This document shows positions 13,098 to 24,600 of a stretch of DNA of 64,000 bases, one piece after another (within the stretch, counting starts at the first letter, position 1; the number at the start of each line of letters is the position of its first letter). Where the stretch lies: contig OZ237737.1 in NCBI GenBank assembly GCA_965178125.1, positions 682,001 through 746,000 on the forward strand, written 5' to 3'. The notes beneath the pieces were generated by a model. The model was not told where the DNA came from. It worked only from the letters and a program-made list of their open reading frames with translations, and did no database searches. The position numbers and the translations under genes were made by a program. The DNA is from Bilabrum cf. latius. Taxonomy: Eukaryota.

Positions 13098-14063
13098 ATG
13101 GCGCGACGGTTGCAGCGGTCTATAGCTAAAAGTTTGGTGAAAATATGCTCCACTCGTATGCCTACTGGGAGCACCCGGATTGGCTCAGATATTTCGTTTC
13201 GATAGATTGCGTCGAGTGCGCCAGCGAGTGCAAGCGATTTCGCTGCGCCGCTGCCGTCCATCCGCTTGAATGACCTAAGAGATAACGAGGGAGCGAAGGG
13301 AAGGGTGAGAATTGTTCTGGGGGGCCTGCTACATACAACCTGTGCCTGCTACTGCCTCTCATTGTCTCCTTCTTGATGTTTTGGAGCTCAGGTTAAGCGA
13401 AAGGGCCGCGGAAGAGGCGGTGGCCTCGGGAAAACCTCAACTAGGGGCCACAAGGGATAGAAAGCCCGCCAAGGAGGATCAGTCAGGATAGGATTCGAGG
13501 GCGGGTAGACTCCGCTGTACAGGAAGCTGCCAAAGTACGGCTTCAACCGAAAGCGCTTGCAGACACCAATGAACGAGCTGAATTTGGGTAGACTTTAGTT
13601 GTTCATCGACTAGGGACGCATCGATACGTCTACGCTGATCGATGTGCGCACCTTGCACGAATCGAATGTCTGCGGGCGCGTGAAGCATGGGGTTGCCCTG
13701 CTGGGCAAGCACGCCGAGCACTTTGACGCAAAGGTCCGAATTCATGTAACAAAGGCCTCACAGACAGCGATTCGCAGGATTGAGGAGCTCGGTGGGGAAA
13801 TACGGTGCGTTTACATGAATGCAACGGCCCTGCGCGCCCACTTGCATCCGCACAGGTTCCACCCTGCCCTCGTGCCGCGGAGCGCCCGACCACCCCCGCG
13901 CCTGATGCCATACTATACCAATTGGGAGAAGCGGGGGTATTTGTCGGCGGAAGCTCAGCTGGAGGATGTGAGGAAGCGCATTGAGCGTGGTGAGCACGGC
14001 CTTTCGCCGTATGAGGCTGCCTTGCAGCGGGAGAAGCAGTCGGACGAGACCGCCGCGCTGTAA
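13098..14063 (+). CDS. MRPL15: Mitochondrial large-subunit ribosomal protein uL15m
   Basis: Arg/Ser-rich presequence, then LNDLRDNEGA, intron 13305-13391, then KRKGRGRGGGLGKTSTRGHKG(TAG)KAR...GFEGG(TAG)TPLYRKLPKYGF...LGRL(TAG)LFID(TAG)GRID and YYTNWEKRGYL. Ends TAA at 14061-14063. Confidence 0.95.
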
Positions 14064-14307
14064 AGATGGCAAGGGAGTGATTGTAGTATGCAAAGAACAT
14101 AAAGTCAACCATGTGCTTCCGTTTGGGGTCTCTGTGTGATCACCTGCCCACCCTGATCCGGATCCTCGGGTGCAGTGCATGGCATTATTATTGGTCCGTC
14201 TATTGGTCCGTCTAGTCTGCTGCCAACACCCGGATTACGCGCGAATTGCAAGAAAGCACAGTTCTGCTGCATCAAAATCGTCCAGTTAGCCTCGGCACGG
14301 GGGAGAT

Positions 14308-15697
14308 ATGAACTACTAGCTTGGCGCGTAGTTAACCCCCGAATTTCAGGACCTGGTGCAAAGAAAACGGCTGGTTCCAACGAAAGGTCCTGGCAAGAGA
14401 CAACATGTACCTCCGAAGCTTCCGTCTAGCACTGCTGAATCGGGCAAGGATGAAACTCCAGAATCTAGACGGCAAAAGGCTCGCGGCTTCAGGGCAGCGG
14501 CTGCTGTGGTAGCGGACGATATCAGGCGGACTTCATCTAGGCTCACAGAGCTCACCAGGTGTAAGTTTCGTTTGTCAAATCTAGTTTGTACTGCAATGGT
14601 CTTGCGCCTCTCACTCTTGATTTAAGTTGTCTTCTGTTCTTGACTTCGCAGTGGCCCGGCGGCCGGCTCTAGATTCGCGTACTCAATCTAGGATTGATAT
14701 GCTAGCCGGAGCTATCAAGGCTGATTTGACTAGGGTAGGCTCGACGCTGGACACTTTGGAGGAGGAAGCGGAGATGGCAAGGCAGTCGCCAAGACCTGGC
14801 GATCGAGCCGGGAGCGCAGGCGCTTCCGCTGCTGGCGGCGTCCAGGTGTCTGCCCACGGCCGAGCCATCGTCGGCTCGCTGCGGCAAGCCCTCCTCGGAG
14901 CTACTTCAGATTTTAGCGGGGTGCTGCAGAACCACACGCAGGCGATGCAGACTGCCTCTGAGCGGAGGGCCCGACTTGGTGTGGGTCTGCGTGGGGGCGT
15001 AGGCGGCCGGCCGATGGGGGCGTTTGCCGGCCGTCGAAAGTCGGATGGGCCCGGGCGGCAGGGGCAGGGTTAGGATCAGGGTACAGGGGGGAGCCACTCC
15101 CTTTTATCTTCCTCTTCGCTGGGCGGCGGGGGCCCGGAGTCGGCAGGAGGCAGGCGATTTGGGGAGAGGGAGAGAGCAGGCAACGGGGGCAAGGGGAGCG
15201 ACAGGAGCGGGGGCGGTGGCGGTGGCGGTGGCGATGTGCGGGCCAGTCTGCTGGGGGCAGGCTCCTTACGGGTTGTGGGAGCGAGCAATACTGGGCGTAT
15301 GGGAGGCACTCCTACTCCTCGCAGTGCGGTGCCAGACCTAGAGGGGGGCAGCGGGGCTCCCGACTTCGCGCCTCTGTCGCAGCAGGAGCTGCAAATGGTC
15401 GACCGGCAGAGGGGCGGCGAGGTTGCAACCGCTCGCGCAGACGCGGTGGAGGGTGTGCAGAGGCACGTGCAGGAACTCTCCGGGATGTTCCATCGACTGA
15501 GCACGCTGATCGCGCAGCAGAGCGAGCAGGTGGAGAGGATAGAGACGGACGTGGGGACTGCAGTGGAGAGGATTGACATGGGGAGGAGGGACATAGAGCA
15601 GGCCCACGAGGCGGAGCATGATAGCACCTGGTTGCTGGCGAGGGTGGGGACTGTGGTGCTGGGCTTCGCGGCCGCGTACGTTGTGTTCCTCGCGTGA
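14308..15697 (+). CDS. Qa-SNARE, syntaxin-5/Sed5-like
   Basis: N-terminal LTPEF and Habc-like helices (FRAAAAVVADDIRRTSSRLTELTRLARR across intron 14561-14651). SNARE motif VEGVQRHVQELSGMFHRLSTLIAQQSEQVERIE and a C-terminal TM helix. Ends TGA; 3 in-frame TAGs. Confidence 0.8.
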
Positions 15698-15923
15698 GCT
15701 GGGCCTGGGCCTGGCATGCTTTGTTTGCCTCCTGCCAGTGGGGCGCGAGCATGGTGTGGACCGGGCGAAGAATACAGGGTATTATTATTGTGTTGGCAAA
15801 CATATCGTCCTATCTGTTCAATGGCTGCAGCATTCGTCCAAGCCCGAAGGCGCTGGCACCACCACCCCATGCAGGCGAAGGGAGGCACTGTGTACGTCTG
15901 AACATGTGCTCCGTCCTTCATGC

Positions 15924-16852
15924 TCATGCGTCGATCACGCGAGCATTCGATACGGCAGTGCCGCTCACAGCCCCGCGGACCCTCTTGAGCCAGGTGACGT
16001 ACTCGAGCTGCTCCTTCTTCTCGGCGGCGTCCCTCACGCCGTCGATGAATTCGAACGAGATGCCCAAGTCGTCCAGGTACTTGGCGAAGCTGCCCTGCAG
16101 GCCAGTGTCCAGCTCGGAGAAATCGCTGGGCAGGTACGTGTCGTCCTTCTCAGCGTCGTCCATGGTCTGGCCCTTGCCCAAAACCAGCACGTGGTTGATC
16201 TCAGGGCCCACCCCTTCCTCTTCCATGGGCAGCAAGACGGCAAACATGAGCTTGTCGGACTGGCCCGTTCGCTCCACGTCCACGGTGGCGTGCAGAGCCT
16301 GCACGCCAGATTCTTCCTCCTCTTCCTCCTCATCCGCCTGGTATGTCTCGGGGTTGCAGCAATCCACCTTGACTGTCACAGTTCTGTCCCCGACGACTCG
16401 TGTGAACTTCATCGTGGAGGATCCGGGCATAACATCAACCTCAAAGCCTGGCATGGCATCCTTGCACAAGCTGGTCAGTTCGTCCACAGTCACAAGTCCG
16501 CCGATTCCATCCTCGCCGCTTTGGGCCTGCGATACGGTCAGTACTTGATGCAAATCGAAGCGAGTTTCAGGGCTTCTTCTGCGATATCCGATTGGCAAGG
16601 CCGACTCGAATACAGGCTCACTTCTTCGTAGGCAATTTCACTTTCTACTGCATGCTCCAGTTCAGCAGGCGGCTGCTCCTCTTCTTCCATGCTTGCCGCG
16701 GCCCGAACAGGAGCCGACATTGACAAGTGGCGGAAAGCACCTGCTTGAGCAACCGGCAGCATGCCCTTCATGACAGACTGGCGACACATAGCCCCACCCC
16801 TCACAGCAATACTTCTGATAACCCGCATACCAGCACACCTGATAGCTGCCAT
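15924..16852 (-). CDS. Mitochondrial acidic glycoprotein MAM33/C1QBP family
   Basis: Presequence MAAIRCAGMRV, LEHAVESEIAYEE, intron 16527-16621, C-terminal FSELDTGLQGSFAKYLDDLGI...KEQLEYVTWL. Ends TGA. Confidence 0.88.
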
Positions 16853-17012
16853 ATCAAAATTCAGTAGAACGTGAGCAGAATACCGACCTGCCCTGTGCTC
16901 CGCCTTTTGTTGCGAGTACTTTTGAGCGTCCAGAGTTTCCGTTGCACCAAACTCTGAACGACCACTGGAACAGCGCTTGCTGCGCGTCGCAGCTTTTGGA
17001 TAGTCAAATATA

Positions 17013-17600
17013 ATGGTATGTTCATGTGCTGCTGGTCACGGACCCATACAGTAGCTTCTCCGTTACGCGTCTCTACTCCTGAATCGCTCCATCTCTTTTT
17101 GTCACTTATGCAGAGCGCAATAGAAGAGGCAATCAAGCGTATTGAGCACTCCAAAAATGTGCAAGCATTTGTAATCGTCGATGATAAGGGTAATGTGCTA
17201 CGCCACAGGAGAGACATGTCGGAGGCGACAGCCAAATCTTTGGCATCAGCTCTGTGGAAGCTTACCTCCAGGGCCTAGCATACCGTCCGAGACATTGATC
17301 CCACGGATAGATTAAACTTCTTTCGCTTGAGAATGGAAAAAATTGAAGTTCTTGTAGCTCCGGGTGAGACAAACAAGTAGCTCGTGGCGTGCCATCGAGC
17401 GCCGCCCAGCCGGGAATTCAAGTCTCAACTTGAGGAATGGTCGTGTATCGTTCGAACGCGTTCGTCTGTGTCATGTAGGCACCACTCAGATCACACAACC
17501 CTCACATGTGTCTCGTGCCTCTTCGCTCATCGCAGGTCCGGGGTACATGGTGATAGTGTCGTAGGAGTGGACTCCGGCAGCCTGGGCGCAGGAGTCTTGA
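17013..17600 (+). CDS. DYNLRB: Dynein light chain, roadblock/LC7 type
   Basis: IEEAIKRIEHSKNVQAFVIVDDKG...RA(TAG)HTVRDIDPTDRLNFFRLRMEKIEVLVAPGPGYMVIVS(TAG)E. Introns 17016-17113 (probable) and 17364-17535; TGA at 17598-17600. Confidence 0.88.
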
Positions 17601-18789
17601 CCTGATAATTGAAGGATATGATGATAGTCTTGAAACGTCAATGCGTGCATCATTTTCAGCATCACAGTCAATTGTTGATACCCAATGCAGTCGATTCACG
17701 AGACTTGCCAGCAGGCGTTTTGGTTCGATGCGTTGCCGCGTCCAATTAAACTGCTGAATGTAAGTTGTCCTTCTGATGGAGCCATTCCAGCCACCTTTCA
17801 ACCCTTTGACCATATCTGGATACGAATCTATCAAACCGGTTAACTATTTACGATATCGTTGTACGCTTGTGTGTAGCTGTACGGATCACAATTGCATGGA
17901 AGAAGCTCACGCAGGCGGGTAGGTAGTCCTGCTCCAATAATGATATTGTCATTGATTTCGGTTTTTGAGAAGGGCAGGTCAAGCTGACATTGATTCTGAA
18001 TCTACCACGTATCTGGTCCAGGGTGACATGTTCATACAATGGATATTTAATTACGCGACAAAACTTTTGTCGTACAATACGAGCTAGTGTTCAGATAAAT
18101 CATGTAGACCTAAAACTCCTAGAAAAGTCTCAGTCAGGGTACGCTGGAAGAGCTGACTAAATGAGTGAATATCCTGCAAGCTGATCAAGCCTCATGCTTG
18201 TAGTGGGGCATTGTGGCGGAAGCTCAGTACCCGTTGGCAACATCAATATCGCTGTGCCCATCATCGCACTCGCTCCCACGAACATGACACAGTGGGACAA
18301 CTCAAAATCGATGCCACTGCAGAGGTGGGGTACACCATGGGTCCTCTGATCCGCAGCAACTTCTCGTGAACCTAAACTACAGATCAGATTTCTTCCTTCG
18401 ACCACACCAATTGGCTCGTCTTCACGGCTACTGCAATCCCCATTGGTTTGCAGTTACCAATAGGAAAATTCCTGCCCCCGGTAACGAGGACTCACTGGGC
18501 TTCAACCCGAACGACTGGTTCTTCACCAGCCCACCTGAATTCCGTATTCCTCTTACACTACCAATGAACACACCACTTTCCCAATACACGTCAACTTGTC
18601 TCGTCGCTACTTGCCACTTCAGTCAGCCCAGTGCGCGAAGTACCCAGGCGACACTCGAATATGTAGATTGAGCCAAGCAAGTAGACAGACACAATTTCCT
18701 CTCGTCGCAGCAGTAGCACTGCAAGCGAAGACATTGTTGGATGGAAGCGCAGGAAGCGACCTAAACAAGGTCTACAAGAGCACTGAGTC

Positions 18790-19290
18790 AGGCGCGAAGG
18801 GAACCGAAAAGCGTCGACTGAGATGTATGTGTGCACAAGTGTATATGTCCATATCCCTACTAGCTGACTAGTTGAGAGGTGGCATAAATGAGGAATTCAA
18901 TCGCCGCAGGCGCTATTGGCACCAAGCCGCAGTCAAAAACCACTCCTTGAATCCTCAGGGCGTCAAGTTTGCGCACATAAGATTCACGTTGCATAGCAAG
19001 CGCTGATTCTTCTTCCTCTACTTGAGTGCGCATCGCTGCGATCTGTTGTTCACACTCAATTCAATTTCTCTCGACTTGAGATTTACATTCCTTCCTGCAA
19101 GCATTCAGAGCCTATGCAGCCTTGCATCAAGTTGTGAATCAAAAGATGGTTACACCTAGAAAAGATGTTAAGCGTGAAGACTTCACAATAAACATGTATA
19201 TGTACACAAATTTAAAGTCCATATCTTGCAGCATTTTTGTTTTCCTTTCATCTAATCCATTTTCTCAAATCGTTCTTTTTATTCTCTTAA
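18790..19290 (-). pseudogene. Possible decayed coiled-coil gene fragment in AT-rich island
   Basis: Protein-like stretch ALNACRKECKSQVERN*IECEQQIAAMRTQVEEEESALAMQRESYVRKLDALR is broken by TGA at 19061-19063. No long ORF even with TAG as Gln. Confidence 0.25.
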
Positions 19291-19829
19291 GGAAGGAATA
19301 CGAACTGCGTATCTACCAACGTAGTGAAAAAGCGGAGGTAACACATTGAGTGCCACTCAATAACCGTTTCCAGCGTATCGTTGTTAGCCTACCTGCAAAG
19401 TTATCTACTACTTTATTTCTTTTGATCGGTTCGAACCCGATGAAGACGGATAATCTAGTATCATCCCTAAATATTGCTGATTGTTAGTGTGCTGCAAGTA
19501 TATAATTTAACAAATATCCAAGCGACTGGTACAAATTTAACTCTGGACGAGTTGGGAGCTAGAAAGATTTGATTGTATTTGTAGTCAATTAGAGCGCGTG
19601 GATTGTGTTGAGTCCGTTACCAACATAATCAAGTAGATGTCATTATAGTATTCTGAACATCTCTATTACTAGTCAGCACTAGTGAAACTTGAATACTCGG
19701 CGAATCACAAGAAAATTAATCAAAACCGCTGTTGTCATTAGCCATTTGAATTTATGAAATAATTGCCAACAGAGTATCGTTAACACTTCATCATTGTACC
19801 TACGCTAGTAACGGAGGCCGTCAAGTAAT

Positions 19830-20903
19830 TTAGTCAACAACGGCAAGCGCGGCGAGACCTGCTGCAATTGCATTCTTTGCAGTTTCATGGATAGAGTCTA
19901 CGTGCATGTGAGAGCTCTGGCCCGTGTGGCCCATTGCCTCAGTCTTCTCATGCATGACTTGGTCCACATGGCCCATAGCTTCAATTTCACCCTCTCTTTC
20001 CGCTAAAGCTCGTTCGAGCATGTGCACGTCGCGTTCCTTCTGGCGCAAAATGTGATTTCGCAGCTCGACTTGAGTTGTACGTGACTTGAGAAGCTATTCC
20101 AGCTTTGAAATTCGGGCTTGTTGTTCTTCAAGCTGCCGTCTCAATTCAGACATTGCGGCGTTGTGGCGGGCCTGCACGCCTGGGGGAGTTCGGATGAGAA
20201 CAGTGCCTGGGCTCACAAAGCCTGGGTCTCGTTGCCGCGGTCGAGAAACCCGGGGACTTTCCAGGTGCAACAACCTGCTTCTTGATACTGAGCTATCGAT
20301 CTGAGAGCGTCTCAGCTGATCTTCTAAAGCGCGCAGTTTGGCCCGCAATTTGTTGCACCGCGAACAGGTGATCTTACTTCCACGCTGTGGACCCTGAGAA
20401 TCACGAAGTCCATCTGCATTGCTGGCAGCAGGAACGACAGAAACGAACCTCTCCACTGGACGATCAGGCAACAGCGTCGCACTGGAGCGATTTACACTTC
20501 CTTTAGCGCACGCCTTTGCTGCGATGGCACCTCTGGCACCATCCGCCAGGGCATCCGCTGCCACCAGCTCCCCGGAACAAGAATCCATCGCTGCACCGTC
20601 AAGCTACACCTCGTCACGAAAACTACCATCTGGTGAGGTCGAAATTGCCTCAGTCTGACGTTCTGTCTCGGTCGAATGGCATGTTTCCCTTTCCCTTGGT
20701 GCTGTGCTTGTCGCTCGCCCGGGATGACCTGACTTCGTAGAAAGCTGAGAGTTCGGGCGCTTAGCTAGTTGCTCATCCTTGTGCGCACCACTGTCCAGCT
20801 TATGCTGCACTTGAGTTTGAATTCCCCCCTATTTGCCTTTCTGAACGCCCATGGACTCCCTCAGTCGGGCAAGGGACTGGTAAAGATCACCAACGGCGGC
20901 CAT
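19830..20903 (-). CDS. Hypothetical coiled-coil protein (~357 aa)
   Basis: Same-frame ORFs joined by TAG at 20829, 20604 and 20094; ATG 20903; ends TAA at 19830. Coiled-coil segments such as ELRRQLEEQQARISKLE. Confidence 0.65.
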
Positions 20904-21169
20904 GGCGCTTGCGACTGCTCCCAGTCTTTGGTTCAGAAGACAGATTCTGTGAGTTGCACTATCATAACGGTATGCCCGGGTCCCACCTTTTGGTACGCAC
21001 TGTAACAGAGCTTCGGGTGAACATACAAACCTCGGAAGCGAGTAAACGGAGTGAGAACGGAACACATGCTTGGAGTGCGCGGCGCCCCAAGAAAGAATGA
21101 ATCGACGGCACCAGCACCGCCCCCTCTCAACCTTCCATTGTTCGGAGTTGACAGGTTCTGCAAGTTGTA

Positions 21170-21513
21170 ATGTCCTCTGTTGTTGAGAGGCTATGCGCTG
21201 TGGAACAGGCTCTTGGTGAGTGACGCTGGTACATACACTGAAAACTGCGTTCCTTTGCCAGAATCCCGTGATGATTTGAGTTCAGCAGCACGTCTTGCTT
21301 GCAATTTTGTTATGCATTTTCTTTTTCGCAGGTCTGCCCGGTGCCAGAGCCAGTGCAGATGTCGCGTCTGGTGCCGAAGTTGCGAAGCTGGAGGCTAGAG
21401 TTGCCGAACTAGAGAAGGTGACCGAGCGATAGGCGTACAGAATAAAGATTCTGGTGAAAGCACTGGACCGTAGCACAGGGGCCGATGCAGCCGCAGCATC
21501 AACGGACAAGTGA
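21170..21513 (+). CDS. Small spliced coiled-coil protein (~75 aa), absent from the ORF track
   Basis: MSSVVERLCAVEQALG, intron 21216-21331 (GTGAGT...TTTTCGCAG), then LPGARASADVASGAEVAKLEARVAELEKVTER(TAG)AYRIKILVKALDRSTGADAAAASTDK and TGA. Confidence 0.7.
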
Positions 21514-21687
21514 CGCGGTATTGACTTGGCCGAGACTCGGTTCGCCCGCCACAACCTCAAATACTCCATGATTATTCAGAATGCTCGAATCAACTCACAT
21601 GTTGATGACAACGGGGCTGTTCCACAGCATGGAACCCACTGATGCACCCCGCTGCGCTTGCACGCAAACGCACTTGCGCGGCGTCCT

Positions 21688-24600
21688 TCAGTTCTCTTGC
21701 ACATCGCGCATGGCGGTGCGCCGCCTGCCGGTGCGCCGCGCGGCCTTGAGAGCCGGAATGCCGGACTCTCCGTCGCCCTCTGCAGCAGCCGAAGCTCCTG
21801 TGCCCGATCTGGAGGAGGCCCTGCCCCTGCTACGGCCCCCCCTCGAGCGAGACCGGTCCCTCGCCCTACCGCTCGCGCTCGCCGCAGCCACCGCCGCCTT
21901 GCTCGTGGCCTTGCCGCGCCCTGCAGCGGGGCCCGCGGTCTTTCGACTCCGACTTCCAGAGGCGGCTACCTTGCCCCTGCTCGCCCTACCTGACCCGGAC
22001 CCGGACCTACCGCTGGACCGCACCGAGCTGCCCGATCCCGAGGATGCCTCCGAGCCGGCGGGGGATGCATCGCTCGACCCACCAGACCCAGACCCAGACG
22101 GCGTGCTGGCGGCACCGGGCGATGCCTCCTCCCCCTGCTCCTGCCCCTTGTCTTTGGCCACGTCTATGAGAGACGCCAGCGAGCTGGTGGACTGTCCACG
22201 GCCCATGCCGCGAGACACCCTCGACGTGCTGCCGCCGCCCGTCACGGAGCCGGCACCCTCGGAGGGGGAGGGACTGCCAGCCCTGCCAGCAGCCTCCTCT
22301 TGCTCCTCCTCGCCTTCCTGCTCCAAGCCTGCATCAGTTCCAGCTCCAGCTCCAACCAACGCCTCATCGTCCTAGCCGGTGCCGGTGCCGGTGCTTTTCC
22401 CATCCACCGCTTCTTGCGCACCGCAAGTCTCAGGGATTGCGGGCGGCGCCACCGCGCCCACAGGCTCGGGGGCCGTGGCGCTGATCGCCGCGTTCTCACC
22501 AGCCTCAGACCAAAGCCCAGACCCCTCCACCTTCACCTCCTCCGTGGCGCCTGCAGCCGCCGCCGCCCTCGCCTCCTGGCTCCGGGCCAGGGAGGGGGTC
22601 ACGGCCGCGCCTGCCTCGCGCCTGGCGCGCACACGGGCCAGCACGCGCCCGTCGGGCGAGGCCGCCGCGAGCCTCGAGGGAACAAGCGCGGCCCGCTTGG
22701 CCGGCGTGGTGCCAGTGGGCGGCTGCAGCGCTGCCTGCCTCCGCGCGAACCTCTCCGACTCCTCCCCGTGAGCCGCGGCCCACTCCGCCACCCGGGCGCC
22801 GAAGGGCTCCGCGTGCTCGTTCAGCTCCCGGGCCACCCTCTCCGACGCAGCGTCCCAGTCTCCCTGCAGCGACGACACGGCCTCCCCGGCCGCATCCTTG
22901 GCCGCGGCGTCCCCGGCCTCCGCGGCGGCCCTCAGCCCCGCGCACGCCTCGTCCACCTCGGCGCGCAGCTCCTGGGCGGCGCCGCGACCAGCGGCTCCGG
23001 CTGCCTCCGCGGCCTTGCTCTGCTCCGGCACCCATTCCTGCGCGACCTGCGCCACAATCCCGTCCATCGCCCCTGCCTCCTTGGCCGCCAGCTCGGCCTC
23101 CCTGCCCGCCGCCGCCTCGCAGCCCGCCAGCGCCTCGGCCACCGCCCCCGCGCCCTCCCGCAGCCCCTGCGCCTGCCGCTGCCCGAACTCCTCCGCCGCC
23201 TGCTCGGCCTTGTCCCGCCCGCGCGCCACGGCTCGGCCCGCTGCCTCGATGCTCCCCGTGGCCCGCCCCGCTGCCGCCTCGCACTGCTGCACACTCTCCC
23301 TGTCTGCCTCCGCCTGCCTGCCCATGCCCTCGTCCAGCAGCTTCGCAAGCCCGGCCACGATCTGCTCCCGCGCCTCCTTGGCTGCGAGCGCCCTGGCGTC
23401 CGCGGCCTCCCTGCCCGCCCGCAGCGACTGCGCCACGGCCTCTTTGGCCCGGGCCAGCTCCGACTCGGCCTCCTGCGCCGCCGCCGCCAGCGCCGCGCTA
23501 TGCTCGTTCACGAACGTGTCGGCTCGCTCGGCCTCCTGCTCCAGCAGCTCCCGCGAGGCTCGGGCCCAGGCAGACTCCGCCGCCGCCCGCTCCTCCCGGG
23601 CCGTGGCAGCCGCCGCCCGGGCCTCCTTGGCTGCCGCGCCCGCGTCCTCGGCTGCCTTGCGGAGGGCCTGCAGCGCCCGCGCCTGACCCTCGGCCAGATC
23701 AGACCACCCCTGGCTCGTCCGCTCGCACGCCGCCGCGACCGACTCGGCTAGCCGCCCCGCCCGCTCCGCCGCCTCCGCCGCAGCCTCGCCGGCGCGGTCC
23801 GCGATCCCGCTCGCGTGCTTGCAGGCCCGCTCCCGGGCCCTTCCCGCAGTTGCTTGTGCCTCCCTGGCGCGCTCCGCGGCGCCGCTGCGGAACTTATCGG
23901 CGTCCCGAATGAGTGCCTGCAGCCGCAGGGCCACGCTCGCGCGGTGCTGCCCCGCATCGCTGGCCATGCGCGACCGTTCCGCGTCCCGGCGGGCGATCTT
24001 GGCGCGCAGCCCCGCGCCCTCCGCCGCCCCCATGCGCACCTCCCCCACCAGGGCCTCCGCCTGCGCCCTCAGGTCGTCTCCCGTGCCCCGGTGCGCCTCC
24101 AGCAGCACCCCCGTCTCTTCGCACCGCTCCCTGGCCTGTCCCAGCTCCTCGGTGCGCTCGGCCAGCTCGCCCCTGGTGCCCTCCAGCGCCTCCGAGGTGG
24201 TGGCCAGCTCGGCCCTCACCTCCTCCAGGAGATCGTTGCACCGCTCCAGCTCTGCCTTGAGCCCGTTGATCTCGTCCTCGGCGCCCGCGTGCACCTCCTT
24301 GAGCTCCTCCAGCTGGGCCTGGGCGCTGTCCCTCGCGTTCTGAAGGGCCTCGAACTCGGCGAGGGGCAGGTGCACCCCATCCTTGGACCTGGCCGCCATG
24401 AGCATCGTCTGCAGGTGGTCGATGCGGGTGCTAAAGTCGGTCAGCAGCTGCCGCTTGGTCATGCGCTGGTTGGCCTCGGGCCTGTTCTTGATGCTGCGGG
24501 CCCGGCTGGCGTAGTCCAGCGTTGACAGGGTCTCGTCCAGCGAGCCGGCACACGGGGACAGCGTCGCGATGATGGTGGTCTTGGTCTTGCCGCCGAGCGA

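Noticed and set aside
17848-18039. VSLTCP resembling an SP-RING (PIAS/MIZ) finger
   Set aside because: The remaining Cys/His ligands are absent and the match is too short.
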